DNA from: Vicugna vicugna
Taxonomy: Eukaryota
Reading direction: 5' to 3'
DNA length: 64,000 nucleotides
Assembly: GCA_013265495.1 (NCBI GenBank)
Contig: MU058039.1
Location: forward strand, 188,591-252,590
Shown here: piece after piece, positions 25,301 through 41,255 of the stretch
Position numbering within the stretch: the first letter of the stretch is position 1
Layout of the letters: the number at the start of each line of letters is the position of its first letter
Notes under the pieces: generated by a model
What the model was told of the DNA's origin: nothing
What the model saw: the letters and a program-made list of their open reading frames with translations, nothing else
The model's database searches: none
Program-made: the position numbers and the translations under genes

Positions 25301-25565
25301 GAACTCCTGCCTCACTCCATTTACAAAAATTAACTTGAAATTTAAAAATGACCTAAATTTAAGGCTTAAATTATAAAACTCTTATAAGAAAACATAGGGG
25401 TAAATCTTCCTTACCTTGAATTTCTCAACGGATTTTTAGATTTGACATAAAAAACAAAAGCAGCAAGAGAAAAATTGGAATTCATAAAAAGTATAAACTT
25501 TTTCTATGAAAAGACCTTATCAAGAAAGTGAAAAATACAAGATTAAATATTTGCAAATCATATAT
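22390..25565 (+). mobile_element. Older L1M ORF2 relic (endonuclease to C-terminal region), interrupted by an MLT1 LTR
   Basis: EN motif (GTTGGTGACTTAAACACC); RT region in ORF 23882-24196 ending LSLFA; further ORF2-like fragment 24937-25278. Confidence 0.88.
24522..24893 (-). mobile_element. MaLR solo LTR (MLT1A/B-like) nested in L1
   Basis: GGGCTGCCATAACAAA ... AGAAATTTATTTCTCACAGTTCTGGAG ... GGGACACAGTTCAGTCCATAACA. L1 ORF2 resumes at AAGATGGCAGCACTCCCC. Confidence 0.85.
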
Positions 25566-25699
25566 ATATATATATAGTCTTCTGGTTTTATTTGACTTTG
25601 GTAAAGAAAACAGGAAAATTATGCTTAATTAAAAGTGTCTACTGAAAAGGTCTAGTGCTACTGCGATTATTAACTGGAAAACTGGAATTCTTTTTCCCC

Positions 25700-26630
25700 C
25701 CCAGTTTTGAGTTATGATTAGCATACTACACTGTATAAGTTTAAGGTATACAGCATAATGATCTGACTTGACTATACTGTGAAATGATCATGGCAATAAG
25801 TCTTGGTAACATTTATCATCTCATGGAAGTACAAAAAGGAAAAAGTTGCTTTCCTTGTGGTGAGAATGCTTAAGCTCTATTCTCTTAACTTTAAAATATA
25901 CCATATAGCAGTGTTAACTATATTTATAATTAGGTACATTACATCCCTATTTATTTATCTTACAACTGGAAGTTTATACCTTTTGACCACCTTTATCCAA
26001 TTCCCCTTCCCTCCATCCCATCTCTAGTAAACACAAATCTGGTCTCTTTTTCTATGAGTTTGTTGTTATAGATTCCACATATAAGTGATACCATACAGTA
26101 TTTGTTTTTCTGACTTACTTGACCTAGCATAATGCCCTCAAGGTCTGTCCATATTGTTGCAGGATTTCCTTCTTTTGTAAGACTGAATAATTTTCCATTG
26201 TGTATCTACATCACATCTTTATCCATTCATCCACTGATAGACACTTCAGTTGTCTCCATATCTTGGCTATTGTAAGTAACGTTGCTATGAACGTGGGAGT
26301 GCAGATATTGCAACGTAAGTGTTTTCATTTCCTTTGGCTATATTCCCAGAGGTGAAATTGCTGGATCATATATGGTAGTTCTATTTTTTATTTTTTCAGG
26401 AACCTCCATCCTGTTTTCCATAGTTGCTGTACCAATTTACAATCTCACCAGCAGTGCACAAGGTTCCCTTTTCTCCACATCTCGGCTAGCATTTGTCATC
26501 TTGTCTTTTCGATGACAGTCATTCGATCAGGTGTGAGGTGATACCTCATTGTGGTTTTGATTTGCATTTCCCTAGAGATTAGTGCTGTTGAGCAACTTTG
26601 CATATACCTGTTGGCCATTTGTATCTTCTG
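25700..26630 (-). mobile_element. L1 (L1MA-like) 3' fragment
   Basis: AGATTCCACATATAAGTGATACCATACAGTATTTG and GGTGTGAGGTGATACCTCATTGTGGTTTTGATTTGCATTTCCC. Confidence 0.85.
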
Positions 26631-27429
26631 TTGAAAAGAGAGAAATCCTAGTGCAACTCAGCTTGCTTGTGGTCTGGCTATTTCAATTAAAAATAATATA
26701 TATGTACTATATATATATAAAAAATCTATTATACTGCCAGATTTTTCTTGGAATTTCCCATGTTCTTTTCATATTATAGATCAGACCTAAAACTGATTCA
26801 TACCTTATCTCTGTTTCAGTCTGTGTTTCTCTGCATAGTCAATGGGCTAGACCAGCAAAAAGGACAGGGCTGACTTCAGTTTGGTTATGTGCTTTAGTAT
26901 CCTTAATAATGGGTGTTGTGGAACTTACACAAGAAAGTGATTGTCAATGGTGTACATGGTTCATGAGGACATAGAAGTAATAAGAGATCTTCATCACTTG
27001 GTCTCATCCTGCTCAATAGTTTTTCAACTGTGGTTCTAGGAAGAAATCTCTAGTTAGAGCCCACAGTATTTATCAATGATTCTTCTTGCTAATGGCAGCA
27101 AAGCTCCATCTAAGTTACCTCCTAAGTTAGGTTATTTGAAATTTAGATCACTTCAAGGAAGACAGTGGAATTTTCTCTGTACAGGTGACAACTCCAGTAA
27201 TAGGCCAATCTCGTTTGTCTATTTAATATTAGGTCTCCATCTGTTTTTGTTGTCTCCTCTTTTTTATTTTGGCCTTTGATGAACACTTAACTTTTTTCAA
27301 GTATTCAGCTTTAAAATCCCATTCCAGAAGTCAACTGCCCATTTATCCCAGAGGAAAACGGAAAACATCTTAAGATTAGAAAGAAGGCAATGGTCCCCTC
27401 TCTCTTGAGCCTTTCATACCGGAAGGTGC

Positions 27430-29800
27430 AGCCAGCGAAATAAGGCCAGAAAAGTATACAGAAGGTATACAGAATGGAAAGAACAATAGCAACCCAAAAA
27501 ACCTGTCCTTATTTGAGGACATTTTTTTCTACATAAAGAATGAAAAGGAATCTACAAATAAAAATAGCCCTCTCCCACCACTGGAAAACTTAGGTTTATA
27601 TCTAACAATATGTGTAAAGAAGCTGAAAGCCAGAAAACAGTGATGAAAGAAATCAAAGATCTAAATAAGTGGAGAGACAAATTGCGCTTATGAATGAGAA
27701 GTCTCAATCAGTAAAAATTTCAGTTTTCTCCCATGATATAAAGGTATAATGCAATTCCTATCAAAATCTGAGCACAGTTTCTGGGGAGAAAAGAAAACCC
27801 AGACAAATCCAAAGTATACAGAAAAGCCAAGAAATTAGGATAAAGCAATTTTGAAAAAGGATAAAAGGAGAAGAATCACTATTTAGCTACAGTAATCAAG
27901 AATGTGGTATTTGTAGAAGGAGAGAGACATAAATCAATGGAACCAGAAGAGTTCAGAAATAGACTCACATGAGTAGGCCACCTGATCTTTCACAGAAGTG
28001 CAAAACAACTGAATAAGGATTTTTTTTTCAACGAAGTGTTGAAACAATTAGACATCATAGGCAAAAAAAATGAACCTTGACCTAAACCTTACACTTTACA
28101 AAAAAAAATTAACTCAAAATGTATCACAGAATAGGTAATATCCACATTAAACTTCAAAATATTTATGCATCCAAAACCCTGGTATTTTTATAATGTTAAG
28201 TATTTGACAAAGGTTTTGTATCCAGAATGTATTATAGCACTAAAAATTTAAAAATTAATGACCCATTAGGGCCACACCCAGTGGCAGTGAGGTAAGTTTG
28301 CCTCCTGCCTCACCAACAGGGTAGTGTCAGGCGGGATGAATTTCCATGCTGGCCCAAAAGCAGTGAGGTAGAGCCAGGTGGTTCCAGGTAGTGCTGTTCA
28401 ACAACCAGCTTCTCCCTCTCTTCCATGTTATCAGGGCACAATGGAGAGCTGGACTTCCATCCCCACAGAACGAATTCTAGCCACAAAGTGGCGCTAGCCA
28501 ACACTCTTTCCCCTCCTTTATCCTTCCCAGCTGTTTTAGCTGGGTTTGATGGAGAGCTTAACTTCCACCCTGACCCACTGAAAATGAGGTGGGTGTTAGC
28601 TCCTCTTTTGCTTGGGTGGAGTCTGTGGGGCCCAGCAGGGAGCTGAACATCCATCCCAAACTGGACCTTCAGGCTACACCTAAACAGAGTGACTGCCTGC
28701 AAAAAGGAAGGTTAAATAAGATCTAGAGTCTCACAACACAACACCCAGAATATCCAGAAAAGAACTGAAAATCAGTCATCATATCAGTCATAAAAATTTA
28801 AAACAGCAGTCATACAAATGCTTCAGTGAACAAATCATGTACATACTTAAATTTAAAAAATAGAAAATTTAGCAAAGAAAGGGAGAATATAAAGAACAAA
28901 TTGGAATATTTTAAACCAAAAAAACAGTAACCAAAAGACTCAATGGATGTGCTCAAAAGCATAATAGAGGGGACAGAGGAACTTATCAGTGAACTTGAAG
29001 AAATAGACTTTGATGAGTTATATAAGCATAATTTAATACCTGAAGCAATTTCTAAAAATTATACAAAGAGATGTACTTACGAACTCTAGATAAAGTAGAA
29101 TTCTAAAAAATGCTCATGTAACCCACAGCAAGTGAAACAGAGGAACAAAAAATGGAACAAACAAAACAACCAATAAAATGGCAGAGAATGTTCATAGCAG
29201 ATTTGTAATAGCCAAAAACTGAAAACAATCCAAATGTCTTTCAATGGCTGAATATTTAAAGAATCATGGTATATCTATACCACAAAAAATTACTCAGAAA
29301 TTACTCAAAAAAGAACAAATTGTACCTACAACAACTGGGATTGATCTCAAGGGAATCATGTTTAGTGGGGGGAAAACAAGCCAGTCTTAAAAGGTTATAT
29401 AGTAATTCCATTTAATGAACACTCCTGATATGACAAAATTATGGAGAATAGAGTAGTGGTTGGCAGGGACTAGGAATGGCGAGCAAAGGGAGGAAACAAG
29501 GATGGGTGTGATTATAAAGGGATAGAACAAGATATAGTGTTGCAAGTTCTGTATTTTGATTGTGGTGGTAGCTATACAAAGTTACACTAGATAAAACTGA
29601 ATACAACTACACAGACACACGTACACAAGTGCATATAAAATCAGTGAACTCTGGTAAAGTCTGTTGATCGCCAGTGTCAAATTTGATGTTTACTATAGTT
29701 ACGTAAAATGTTACCATTAGGGGAAACTGGATATGGGTATACAAACTAAATAGTACTTCAACTTCCTATAAATCTGTAATTATTTCTAAATAAAAATGTT
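27430..29800 (+). mobile_element. Patchwork of ancient L1M fragments (ORF2, 5'/ORF1-like part with GGAGAGCTGRACTTCCA repeats, 3' UTR)
   Basis: AATGCAATTCCTATCAAAATC, AGCTACAGTAATCAAG and ATCAGTGAACTTGAAG motifs; heavily diverged. Confidence 0.6.
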
Positions 29801-32004
29801 TTCTTAAAGTCCTAGTAGAGAAAAAAAATAGACAAAATACATGAGTGGGCTTTTCATAGAAAAAGAACTTGGAGTACTATAAATATTTGAAAGGCCTGAA
29901 TACAAAACACCTGTAGTACAGGAAGATACGAACTTTCACATACGCTGGTCTCTTACCTGACACACACAAAATTACCAGCATCTGCATCTCCATTTAAGGA
30001 TCCAGAAACCAAAGAAATATTTGTTGAAATACACTGGAATTGCTTCTGCTCTAATACGGAAACTGTCCATTGGCTTGACATGTTAGAACATTAATAACAT
30101 TTTACAGTACGAATGGTCTCTTTCCCTCAATTTAAAACCAACCCAAATGCAGGTGATTTTTTTTCCCAAATGGAGAGTCAGTTATCTCAACAATTGAATA
30201 TTTTTTTTGTTTCTTCACTGCTTTCAAATAGGGAGGAACTTGCGTTTGAAATAAAAATGAAAAATCTAAAAATTGGCCTCAAACAAATGTTATACACTTC
30301 TGATTTGTATTATCCTAATTAACATTATGAAGCAAGAGTATTATTTTAATTCAGGTTTGGTTTATGTATTATTAAAGATAATTTTCTGTAAATGTTAGTA
30401 TCTGATCAAAGTAACAATCTATTTAAAAATTGTTTCTATAGGTACAGGTTTTTTCTACCTATTTCTTATTTTATAGAAACAATAAAGAATTTTTTCAAAA
30501 AACCACAACATAATTTTGACAACCAGACTTGTTACTGCTGCCATATCCACTTTCATTCTTTATTAAAGAAATATTACAAATAAATAAAACAACTGCTTCC
30601 AATGCCTAAAAGTCAACCAATGTCACATATGTATTCAAGATCAATACACAGTACTGTACTTTGCACTGTTATATTAAATTTATAGAACTGTTATACCATG
30701 TTTCATTGTACGTTTGCTTTTTTCTCTCAATATTATGTATTGTAATCTATCAATGTAATGATATATCAAACTTATATCTTTATGGTGTTTTCATAGAAAT
30801 AATCACATCGTATTGACCTGTCTCTCTACTAACGGAAATGCTTGTTCTGTCCAATTTAAAGTAAATACAAACCATGATGCAGTGAACATAGCGAGATACA
30901 TGTATCTCTGTGCACAAATGTGGTGCTTCTAAAGCCAATACACCAAAATAGAATTGAATGTTCCGTATTTATGTGTTTTTAAAGAAGTCCTGTCACTCTA
31001 AAGTAAGAAATATAGTCTATTCTATTTTATCATAGTTATAAAATTTTGTATTTTATATTGTCTTCAATCTGTTTGGGTTTTATTTTTGTATATGGTATAA
31101 AGTAGAGAGCTAACAGTTTTTGTTGAATCTTCCATTTATTGAATAGGCCATCCTTTTCCCAGTGGTTTTAATAGCACTATAGTACACATAATTCCTGTAT
31201 TTCCTTCCTCCAGTCCCCAGTTTGTTTCCACTGATTTATTTACTCATCAAGAACACATTGTTCAAGTGGCAGCAGCTTTACATAAATATGTGATGATATC
31301 TAGTAGTCTGCCTTTTCTTTTGCTTTCACATTTTTTTTTAGCCATTAGTGGTCCTTTAACTCCCTATGTAAAATTTTGATTCAGTTTGTGAAATTTTTAA
31401 AATATAACTGGTAAAACTTTTGAGTGGATGTACTTTAAACATAGAGATTTGTGGGAAATTTTATATATATATATATTTTTACAATCTCAAATCTTTTCAG
31501 ACAATGCTATTTTTCTCAAATTTTCAGGTGTTCTTTTGTGCCCTTCAAAATGTTGTATAACTTTATATGTGTCTTATAATTCATTATTTATTCTTAGATA
31601 TTTTATATCAACATATTTTCTAATTAACTATTCTCATATAACAGGTTATTTTTATAGTTTCTTTTTTTCTCCAATCTTCTTTTTCTTGCTTAAGATATTG
31701 GCTAGGAGCTCAAGTAGCATGTAGACATACTAATAGCAAATATCCTGTTTCAGATATTAATGAGAATGCTGGGTAAATGTTATCATCAGATAAGATGTCT
31801 GCTGAAGATTTTTGATGATCACCTTTTCAGTATAAAATTTGTCACCTTGGTAAGATTCTCATGTTTCACAAATGTGTGACTTCTTCAAAAGGCTTTCCCA
31901 CATTCACAGTTTTCTGCTCTAGATCCAATTACATAATGCACAAGGAGGTGCTAATTCCTTCTGAAGACTTTTCCATATTCATGAGATTCACAGGGTTTCT
32001 ATTT

Positions 32005-33912
<1,908 letters not shown>

Positions 33913-34567
33913 CTAGTTTCCTATTAAGCAAATTTGAGGTACCTATATCTATTTCCTAAGCTTTATGAAATTCTAGGAAATGAAATATGAGTACAGTCAG
34001 ATACTTAATAATACAAATAGCTTTGATTTCTTCTAAATGGGATCTCAAAGAAAAAGACAGAAACTGTTAGAAAATAAAACAGGGAATGCAGAATGTACAA
34101 ATAAAGTAAGAAGAAATAATGATAGAAAAACAAAAACGGGAAGCTAAAAAATCATAAAAGTATTTTACAGGACTCTATTTAAATACACTTTTATAAAATG
34201 CGTTGACAAATAATTTTCTGGAAAACGTAAATTACCAAAACTGACTGTAAGATGTAGAAAACAAATATAGACCAATGTCAACAAAATAAAAGGAAAAATA
34301 TGAAAAGAAATCCCCTAAAAACAAAACAAATAAGAAAGGCCCAGAGATATTGACTTTGGAATTTAAAGAAACATCTAGGAGACATCCATTAATGCAGTGT
34401 GAAATGTTACAAAAGGAAAAAAGAATTACCATTTCTTGCTACGTGAAACAAACAATATTAATAATGATATTATTTATAATTATAAATGATAAAAATGACA
34501 ACCAAAAATGCAAACTATACACCAGTTTCATTTATGAGTATCAATGCAAAAATTCTATATATCAAAA

Positions 34568-34614
34568 TGACCCAGAAGAAAAAAGTGACCCAGAAGAAAA
34601 AAGTGACCCAGAAG
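34568..34614. repeat. 18-bp perfect tandem repeat, 2.6 copies
   Basis: TGACCCAGAAGAAAAAAG x2 plus TGACCCAGAAG. Confidence 0.9.
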
Positions 34615-35289
34615 CACATTAAATATAAGCATATCATACATATGTTGATTTTTTCCAGGAATATAAGTATGCTTCAATATTAGGAAAATCTATTACTGTA
34701 AGTAAATACATTAATAAGTCAAAGGTGAAAAATCAAGTAAATAGTTCCAAAAATATTAAAAAGATAATAAAACTCAACATCTGTTTTCCATAAAAAAAAC
34801 TTTATAAAACGGGAATAGACAGACACATATTAGAAAAAGCACAGTACAACTTAACCACTGACAGCGTCCTTAATGGGAAAAATCCCAAAGCATTCATTAA
34901 GTTAAAGACAGGAATAAGAAAAGGAGGAGTGCTGTCACCACTATTATTATAGTACAGGGTAGTGTGTTAAATAAGAGAAAGAAACTAGAGGTATAATAAT
35001 TTGGAAAGGAAAGGTAAAATTAATATTATTTGTCAACACTAAAACTGCTTACTTGCAAAATCAAAAGTCACTTGAAAAATTATAGAAAGAAATTAAATTC
35101 ACTGTGTATAGAAAATTAATATTCAGTTTCAATAACCTTCATATATACAAACAACTATTTAGAAAATATAAGAAAAGATTACACTTACAATAACAAATAT
35201 ATGAAAAATCTAGGAATAAATTTAATAAGAACTGTCCAAAAATTATTTCAAAACTTTAAAATGCACACAAAGATTTAAAAAAATGGAAG

Positions 35290-35674
35290 TTTTATGGGTT
35301 GAATTTTTTGCCCCCCATCAAATATATGTTGACGTCTTAATCCTCAGTACCTCAGACCATGAAGTTATTTGAAAATAAGGTCGTTGCAGACATAGTACAT
35401 TAAGATGAGGTCACATGGAGTAGCCCCTAATCTAATATGACTGGTGTTATAAAAAGAATGCCACATGGAGAGACAGAAACACAGGGAGAACACTACAGAT
35501 ACAGACACAGAGTGCAGTTATGCTGCCACAAGCCAATGAATGTCTAGGGATACCAGAAGCTGAAAGAGGCAAAGAGCCTTCTCCTATAGGTTTCAGAGGG
35601 AACACAGCCAGCTTACACCTTGATTTTGTATTTCTAGCCTCTATTTTGTTACAGCAGCCCTAGGAAACTACGAC
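35290..35674 (+). mobile_element. MaLR solo LTR (MLT1C-like) nested in L1
   Basis: TTATGGGTTGAAT ... CAGTACCTCAGA ... TTAAGATGAGGTCA ... TTTGTTACAGCAGCCCTAGGAAACTA. Confidence 0.8.
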
Positions 35675-37214
35675 AAAAGGCATACCACATTCTTGGAAAA
35701 GAACATCTGACAGCAAAGATGATAGTGATCCACAAATTAATTAACTTAAAGTGGTTTCAATAAAAATGTCTGAAAATACAAGTAAGTAATAGCTCAAAGG
35801 AAAATGATACTATGGGTTTCCAACATAGAGGAAGAAATGGGTAAGAAGAAAAATTACTTTTCAATATATATCCTTTTGTACTTAAAAAAATTTGAACTAT
35901 TAGCATGTGTTATGTATTTTAAAAAGTGAAAAAATAAAATTGTTCTGAACAGTAACTAAAATGAGAATAAACAATAGCAAGGTAAAAACTGGATAAAAGA
36001 GTTAGAATATAAAACTGGAAGAGCCCACCTAGCATGAGTGAGTAGGGAGTAAGTATTGAGGAGAGGATAAAACATAGAATGAGAAATTAAGCTTAAATAT
36101 GGTCTAATAAAAACATGAATCTATCTCTGATACTACTCAAAACCACACTAATACAAAATAAAGAAAGAAAAAGATATAAACTAACAAAGACCACTCTTCC
36201 ACCCTAGAGAAGATAGAACATCATTCTTTTGAGAAATATGAGCAGAAAGGCTCTAGCATCGCGGACACCAGGGAGAGGGATGCAAAGATAATGAACTGGC
36301 TCCAACACAGAGTAAGTGAAAGTCCCTGTACCATAAGGGGAGACATCCAGTCCCTAGTTGCTGCTTAGCCCCAAGATACGAAAATGGAGATTTTTCTCCC
36401 TCTCTGCCAGACTGAGAATAAAGTAAAGGAAAAAGTCTTGTGAAGCTGTAATGCAGGTAAAGTTAAGAGACTTGGTCGCAGATTATAAATGTAGAAAAGG
36501 AGGCAGAATACGAAGCCTAAGCTTTTGAGTTATCTCAGTTCAAGGAAAAGGAAGTTCAATAAAGTAAAAGATGTGGAGGGAGAGGGTACGATCAGGTCTT
36601 TAAGGTACTATCCAAGCAGACGTGAGGCAAGGACAAGATCAAAATATCAAATGTGATAAAAACACTCCATGTTTTAAGATGGTGGAATGAAAAAGTATCT
36701 GATCTCTTTTCTAGTTTACAAACAAGAATGAACAGTCATTGATTCTTCAGTGATCCTAGGAGGTAGCTGTAACCCCAAGTAGAATAAATGAATTACTGCT
36801 GACACACATAGTGAAGGGTGGAACAGGGGAAGAAATATTCTAAGAGAAGACAGCTGCTCTTGCTGATCCTGGACAGAGCCAGCAGCTGACAATGTCAAAA
36901 TGGATATTACACCTTGAAGTGCCAAATTAAGTAACCCGTGATTACAACATGGAAATTTGGGCATGTAGGCTGATAACAGGAGACTTGTTATCTCAAGGTA
37001 TCTTAAGGAAGCCAGAACCAAACAAGGAAATACTCTGAAATACTATCTTTTTTAGGAAGAAGTCTGTTGGGGTGAGAGTGTAAGATTCAGAGTATGAGAA
37101 GACTTGCAGCTGCAGTTCCTTTTTGGATGAGAAGAAATAAAGCCTAAACATACATTCACACAACCACATAGAATAAAAGGCTTCAGTATGAAGCACAGAT
37201 GCATTGCTACCCGT

Positions 37215-37566
37215 CAAGAGTTGGCAAACTTTTTTTTAAGGTCAGATAGTAAATATTTTAGGCTTTGTGGGTCCTATAGTCTTTGACACAACTATTCAAC
37301 TTTGCCTTTGTTAATCTGAAAGTATTAGATGTCAAGATGTAAATGTTGGGTATAGCTCATTGGTAGAGTGCATGCTTAGCATGTACAAGGTCCTGGGTTC
37401 AATCCCCTGCACCACCATTAAAACAAAACAAAAAAAGTTAAAAAAAATAAAAAGTAAACTGACAGTTAAAAAAAAAAAGATGTAAATGACTGAGTGTGGC
37501 TGTGTTGCAAAACTTTATTTACAAAAACAAGTGGCTGACCTACAGGTCATAGTTTACGAATCCCTG
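37215..37566 (-). mobile_element. MER58A-like hAT-Charlie element split by a SINE
   Basis: TTGGCAAACTTTT..AGATAGTAAATATTTTAGGCTTTGTGGG and TGTGGCTGTGTT..AACTTTATTTACAAAAACA match the reverse complement of the recalled MER58A consensus. Confidence 0.8.
37346..37476 (+). mobile_element. Vic-1-like tRNA-Ala SINE
   Basis: GGGTATAGCTCATTGGTAGAGTGCATGCTTAGCATGT...GGTTCAATCCCC. Perfect TSD AAGATGTAAATG at 37334-37345 and 37477-37488. Confidence 0.9.
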
Positions 37567-38267
37567 CTTTAGATCAGAGCACTCCTTCTCCTTCCCCAAT
37601 ATTATCTTTCTTAAAAAAATCAGGTCAAGGAAGAACTATCCTCACTCAAAACTGAGAAGGTGCTGGAATCAGATCTCTAAAAAAGTTGCAAAAGAAAAAA
37701 GAAAAGAAACATGATACAAAGAAAGCAAACCAAAAATACAAGCTAAAGCAATTATGAGACATAGTAAATGAATACCCTGACTAAAGGTATTGCCATGAAT
37801 GAATAAACTTAATGAAAATACTAGCTGTGAATCAAGAGCTCAAAATAGAAATATAAATCCATGAAGAAGAAACAATGAGAAAACAAAAAAGCTAAAAAAT
37901 TAACTAGCAGAACCAAGAAAAGAGATGATAGAGAAAAATAAAACAACCCAAAACAAGGAACACCATGCAAAATGGGGGAAAAAGAGAGAGAAAGAAAGAC
38001 AGAGAGAGAGAGAGGTATTAATTACATAAGGACTTTGAGTATTAAAATTATAGTAGGGTAACCTCATATCGCAAAACAAGATAATGGATAAAGCAGAAAT
38101 TCTAATGCATCACTGGGCTTATCGGAAGTAGCATAAACCTCCAAGAACACCACAATACTCTCCACCAATCACACCCCAGCAGCATACACAAAAAAATGAC
38201 CAAAACAAAAACAAAACAACTAATAGCCAAAACCAGGTCTGAGAGAAAGAATTAGAAAGCAACATGG

Positions 38268-38561
38268 CTACAAAACAGAAACAGACTCACAGACATAGTA
38301 AACAAATTTAAGGTTACTGGGGGAAAAGTGGGTGGGAAGGGATAAATTGGGAGTTTGAAATTTGCAAATACTGGCTACTATACATAAAATAGATAAAAAA
38401 CCAAATTTTTTCTGTATAGCACAAGGAACTATATTCAAGATCTTGTAGTAATGTATAACAAAAAAGACTATGAAAAAGAATATATATGTATGACTGAAAC
38501 ATCATGCTGTATACCAGAAATGAACACACTGTAACTGACGATACTTCAATTGAAAAAAAAA
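38268..38561 (+). mobile_element. 5'-truncated lineage L1 (3' UTR only)
   Basis: 3' UTR homologous to those at ~22050-22320 and ~45930-46210, with an A tail. TSD AGAAAGCAAC(A/C)TGG at 38254-38267 and 38562-38575. Confidence 0.9.
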
Positions 38562-39435
38562 AGAAAGCAACCTGGACAATAGATCTGACTTGAGTACTTA
38601 GGGAAACAATAGCCCTGTTAACTAAAGTGTAAGACCCTTGAGCCATCAATAAAGCTCAACTGACATTCCTACAAAAAGCTAGGACCTTCAGAGAACGTTC
38701 AGCTGATACTCTTGGCAATGCCTCTTGGAACCCACCAGAAACACATGCAAATCATCTTCAGAAGAAAGCAACCCCCAATTTAGGACAATAAGATTATCGC
38801 AAATTAAGATTTAAAAAATTCAAACTCAGAATCAGCAATCATCAAGCATGTGAAGAAGCAAGTACATTAAGTGAGTCATCAAAAAGAAGATATTCAAACC
38901 TGAGGACTTAAGACACTGTAACTGTCAGATACAGGATATAAAAGAGCAGTATTTTTAAAGAAATAAAGGATAAAAACACAAAGCCGAAGAAGTCACAGAA
39001 ATTATTAACAAAGGCCAGAAAGACATAAAAAGAAAACAACATCAAAAATGAAAAACAAAAAATTTTAAAAATAAAAGATGCTCCTAAAATTTTCTAAAAA
39101 ACATGGATGAGTGTAAAAGAGGAATAAATACAACTGAAAAGAGAATTAGTACTGGAAGATTTATCTGAAGCAATCACTCTGAAAGCAACACAGAGTACAG
39201 AGGTAGAAAATAGCAAAGGAAATTAAAAAATATTGAGGAAAAAATAAAAAGCATCTATCTAATAGGAGTCTCAGAAGTAGAGTGTTAAGCCAGTGAAGGA
39301 GAGCCAATATCTGATGATGCTGGGAATGTTTCAGAATTAATGGAAGACATAAGGAAGAAGACAATACTATGAGTAATTTTATACAAACAGATTTGAAAAT
39401 AGATGAAACAAACTGTTAAATATAACAGATGACCC

Positions 39436-39590
39436 TGTGGGGAGAGTAGAGCTTAGTGACAGAGTGCATGCTTAGCATGCACGTGGTCCTGGGTTCAATC
39501 TCTAGTACCTCCATTAAAAAAATAAAATAAAATAAAAATAAACACCTAATTACCTACCCCCTACAAAAACAAAAAATAAAAACAAAAGAA
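39436..39590 (+). mobile_element. Vic-1-like tRNA-Ala SINE
   Basis: tRNA-like head, CCTAATTACC body and A-rich tail. TSD ATAACAGATG at 39422-39431 and 39591-39600. Confidence 0.9.
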
Positions 39591-39886
39591 ATAACAGATG
39601 GTCCAGGAACATCAATATATAGTAAACTTTTCAGAATACAGAGGAAATTTAAATATACATGGCGATCACCTTTTTCAACTCTGTGAAAACCAGGATTAAA
39701 TGCATAACTTTCTGGAAAATTACAACCTATTATCAAAAACTATTGCCAAGAGAGACATAACCACCTACATAGAAAAGTTATAAAAGTAAAAATGGGAAAA
39801 AGCTGTCAAAGAAACTTCCCTCAAAAATCCACAGGGTCCAAATAATCCACAAAATCCATAACTTCAACAGGTAAGATAAAACAAAT

Positions 39887-40054
39887 TTTTTTGACTTTTT
39901 TGTATGTTTGTTTGTTTTACTATTCATATTACTTTATTTGGGGGGGGGTAATTAGGTTTATTTATTTATTTTTAATGGAGGTACCAGGGACTGAATCCAG
40001 GACCTCATGCATGCTAAGCACACACTCTTACCACCAACCTGTACGCTGGCCCCC
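39887..40054 (-). mobile_element. Vic-1-like tRNA-Ala SINE
   Basis: Reverse complement of the same family: GGTAATTAGGTTTATT...GGAGGTACCAGGGACTGAATCCAGGACCTCATGCATGCTAAGCA. Confidence 0.88.
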
Positions 40055-41255
40055 TTAAACAAAAATCTTAAGGGAGTTTTATGCCAATGTTATATAAATG
40101 TTTTAGAACAGGAAGGAAACCTTCCAAATATTATTTATGAAACCAGTGTAACACTGACTTGAAAGGCTGAGTTAGAATAATAATTTAAATTCAGAGCAAA
40201 AATGAGGATGAGGCATTAATAAATATGTAAATAATATTGAACCATATACCTAAAAGGAAAAAAACCATATGATAATCTCCTATAAGAAAAGATTGTTATT
40301 TTGATTCTATGAACTCTAAACTCAAGTTGCAAAAAGTACTTCAAAAAGCAATGACAACAGGAGGAAAAAAACTAGAAAAAGATGAGAGAGAAAGGGTTGA
40401 TCACTTTAACATGTTAAGGGTTCATACAAATTAAGAATTCAATAGAAAAAAGAGCATGAAACCCAAACTGTTCATAAGAAAGAAATATAGATAGATTTTA
40501 AACATATGAAAAGATGCTTGTCTTCACTTATAATAAAGGAAATTCAAATTCAGACCATAGTAAGTTATTTTTCACTTATCAAATTGGCAAAGATTTAAGA
40601 AGTGCTAATAAACTATGTTGCAGAAATTGTTAGTAGAAATATAAATTGTTATAATCTCTTTGAAGGGGAAAAAAGACACTGCAATATCTATCAAATTAGA
40701 AATATATGTATGTATGTGTATGCATGTATATGTATATATGTGTGTGCATCTATATGTATGCACATATATTTACATATGTATACACCTATGTCACACACAA
40801 ACAAGCACATGTATATATACCTGACAAATGTAGCAGAAAATGAGAGGTAGCAGAAAATCAGCACTGACTTTCAATTACAGTTCTATGAATATCTGAACAC
40901 AAAAGGAAAGGATCCAATGTAAAACAGTGAGCAGAAAACACTGAAGATGCTAATACTAGAATGATTATCAAAGTAAAACTGGAATGAATTAGGAAATGTT
41001 GATATCTAGCACACAGGTAAGAAAGCTAACTGGTCTTTCAGGTTCTGAGAAAAGAAGCTTTGAGGAAAGAATTTAAGAAAGTTATCTAGAAGTGACATTG
41101 TAGGTATATAAAGAATTCACACCAATTGTCATTATAAAATTGTACAGCCTTAAAAAAAATACCACTGAAGAACATTTAAGGGGGATCAACAACTTACAGA
41201 TTAACCATTAAAGGGTTCTGGCCCCTACTCATCTGTATGGTTCCCTCCCACTAAC

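Larger units (their letters stand above)
34080..35770 (+). mobile_element. Ancient L1 ORF2 relic in the ZNF569 intron
   Basis: AAATTACCAAAACTGACT, ACAGGAATAAGAAAAGG and CTAGGAATAAATTTAA motifs. Confidence 0.65.

Noticed and set aside
25577..27420. Unique-looking sequence between L1 relics as a minus-strand retrocopy
   Set aside because: No TSD, clear tail or recognisable ORF found.
28310..28702. 130-aa ORF in a GC-richer patch
   Set aside because: It lies in repetitive L1 5'-like sequence and shows no recognisable protein similarity.
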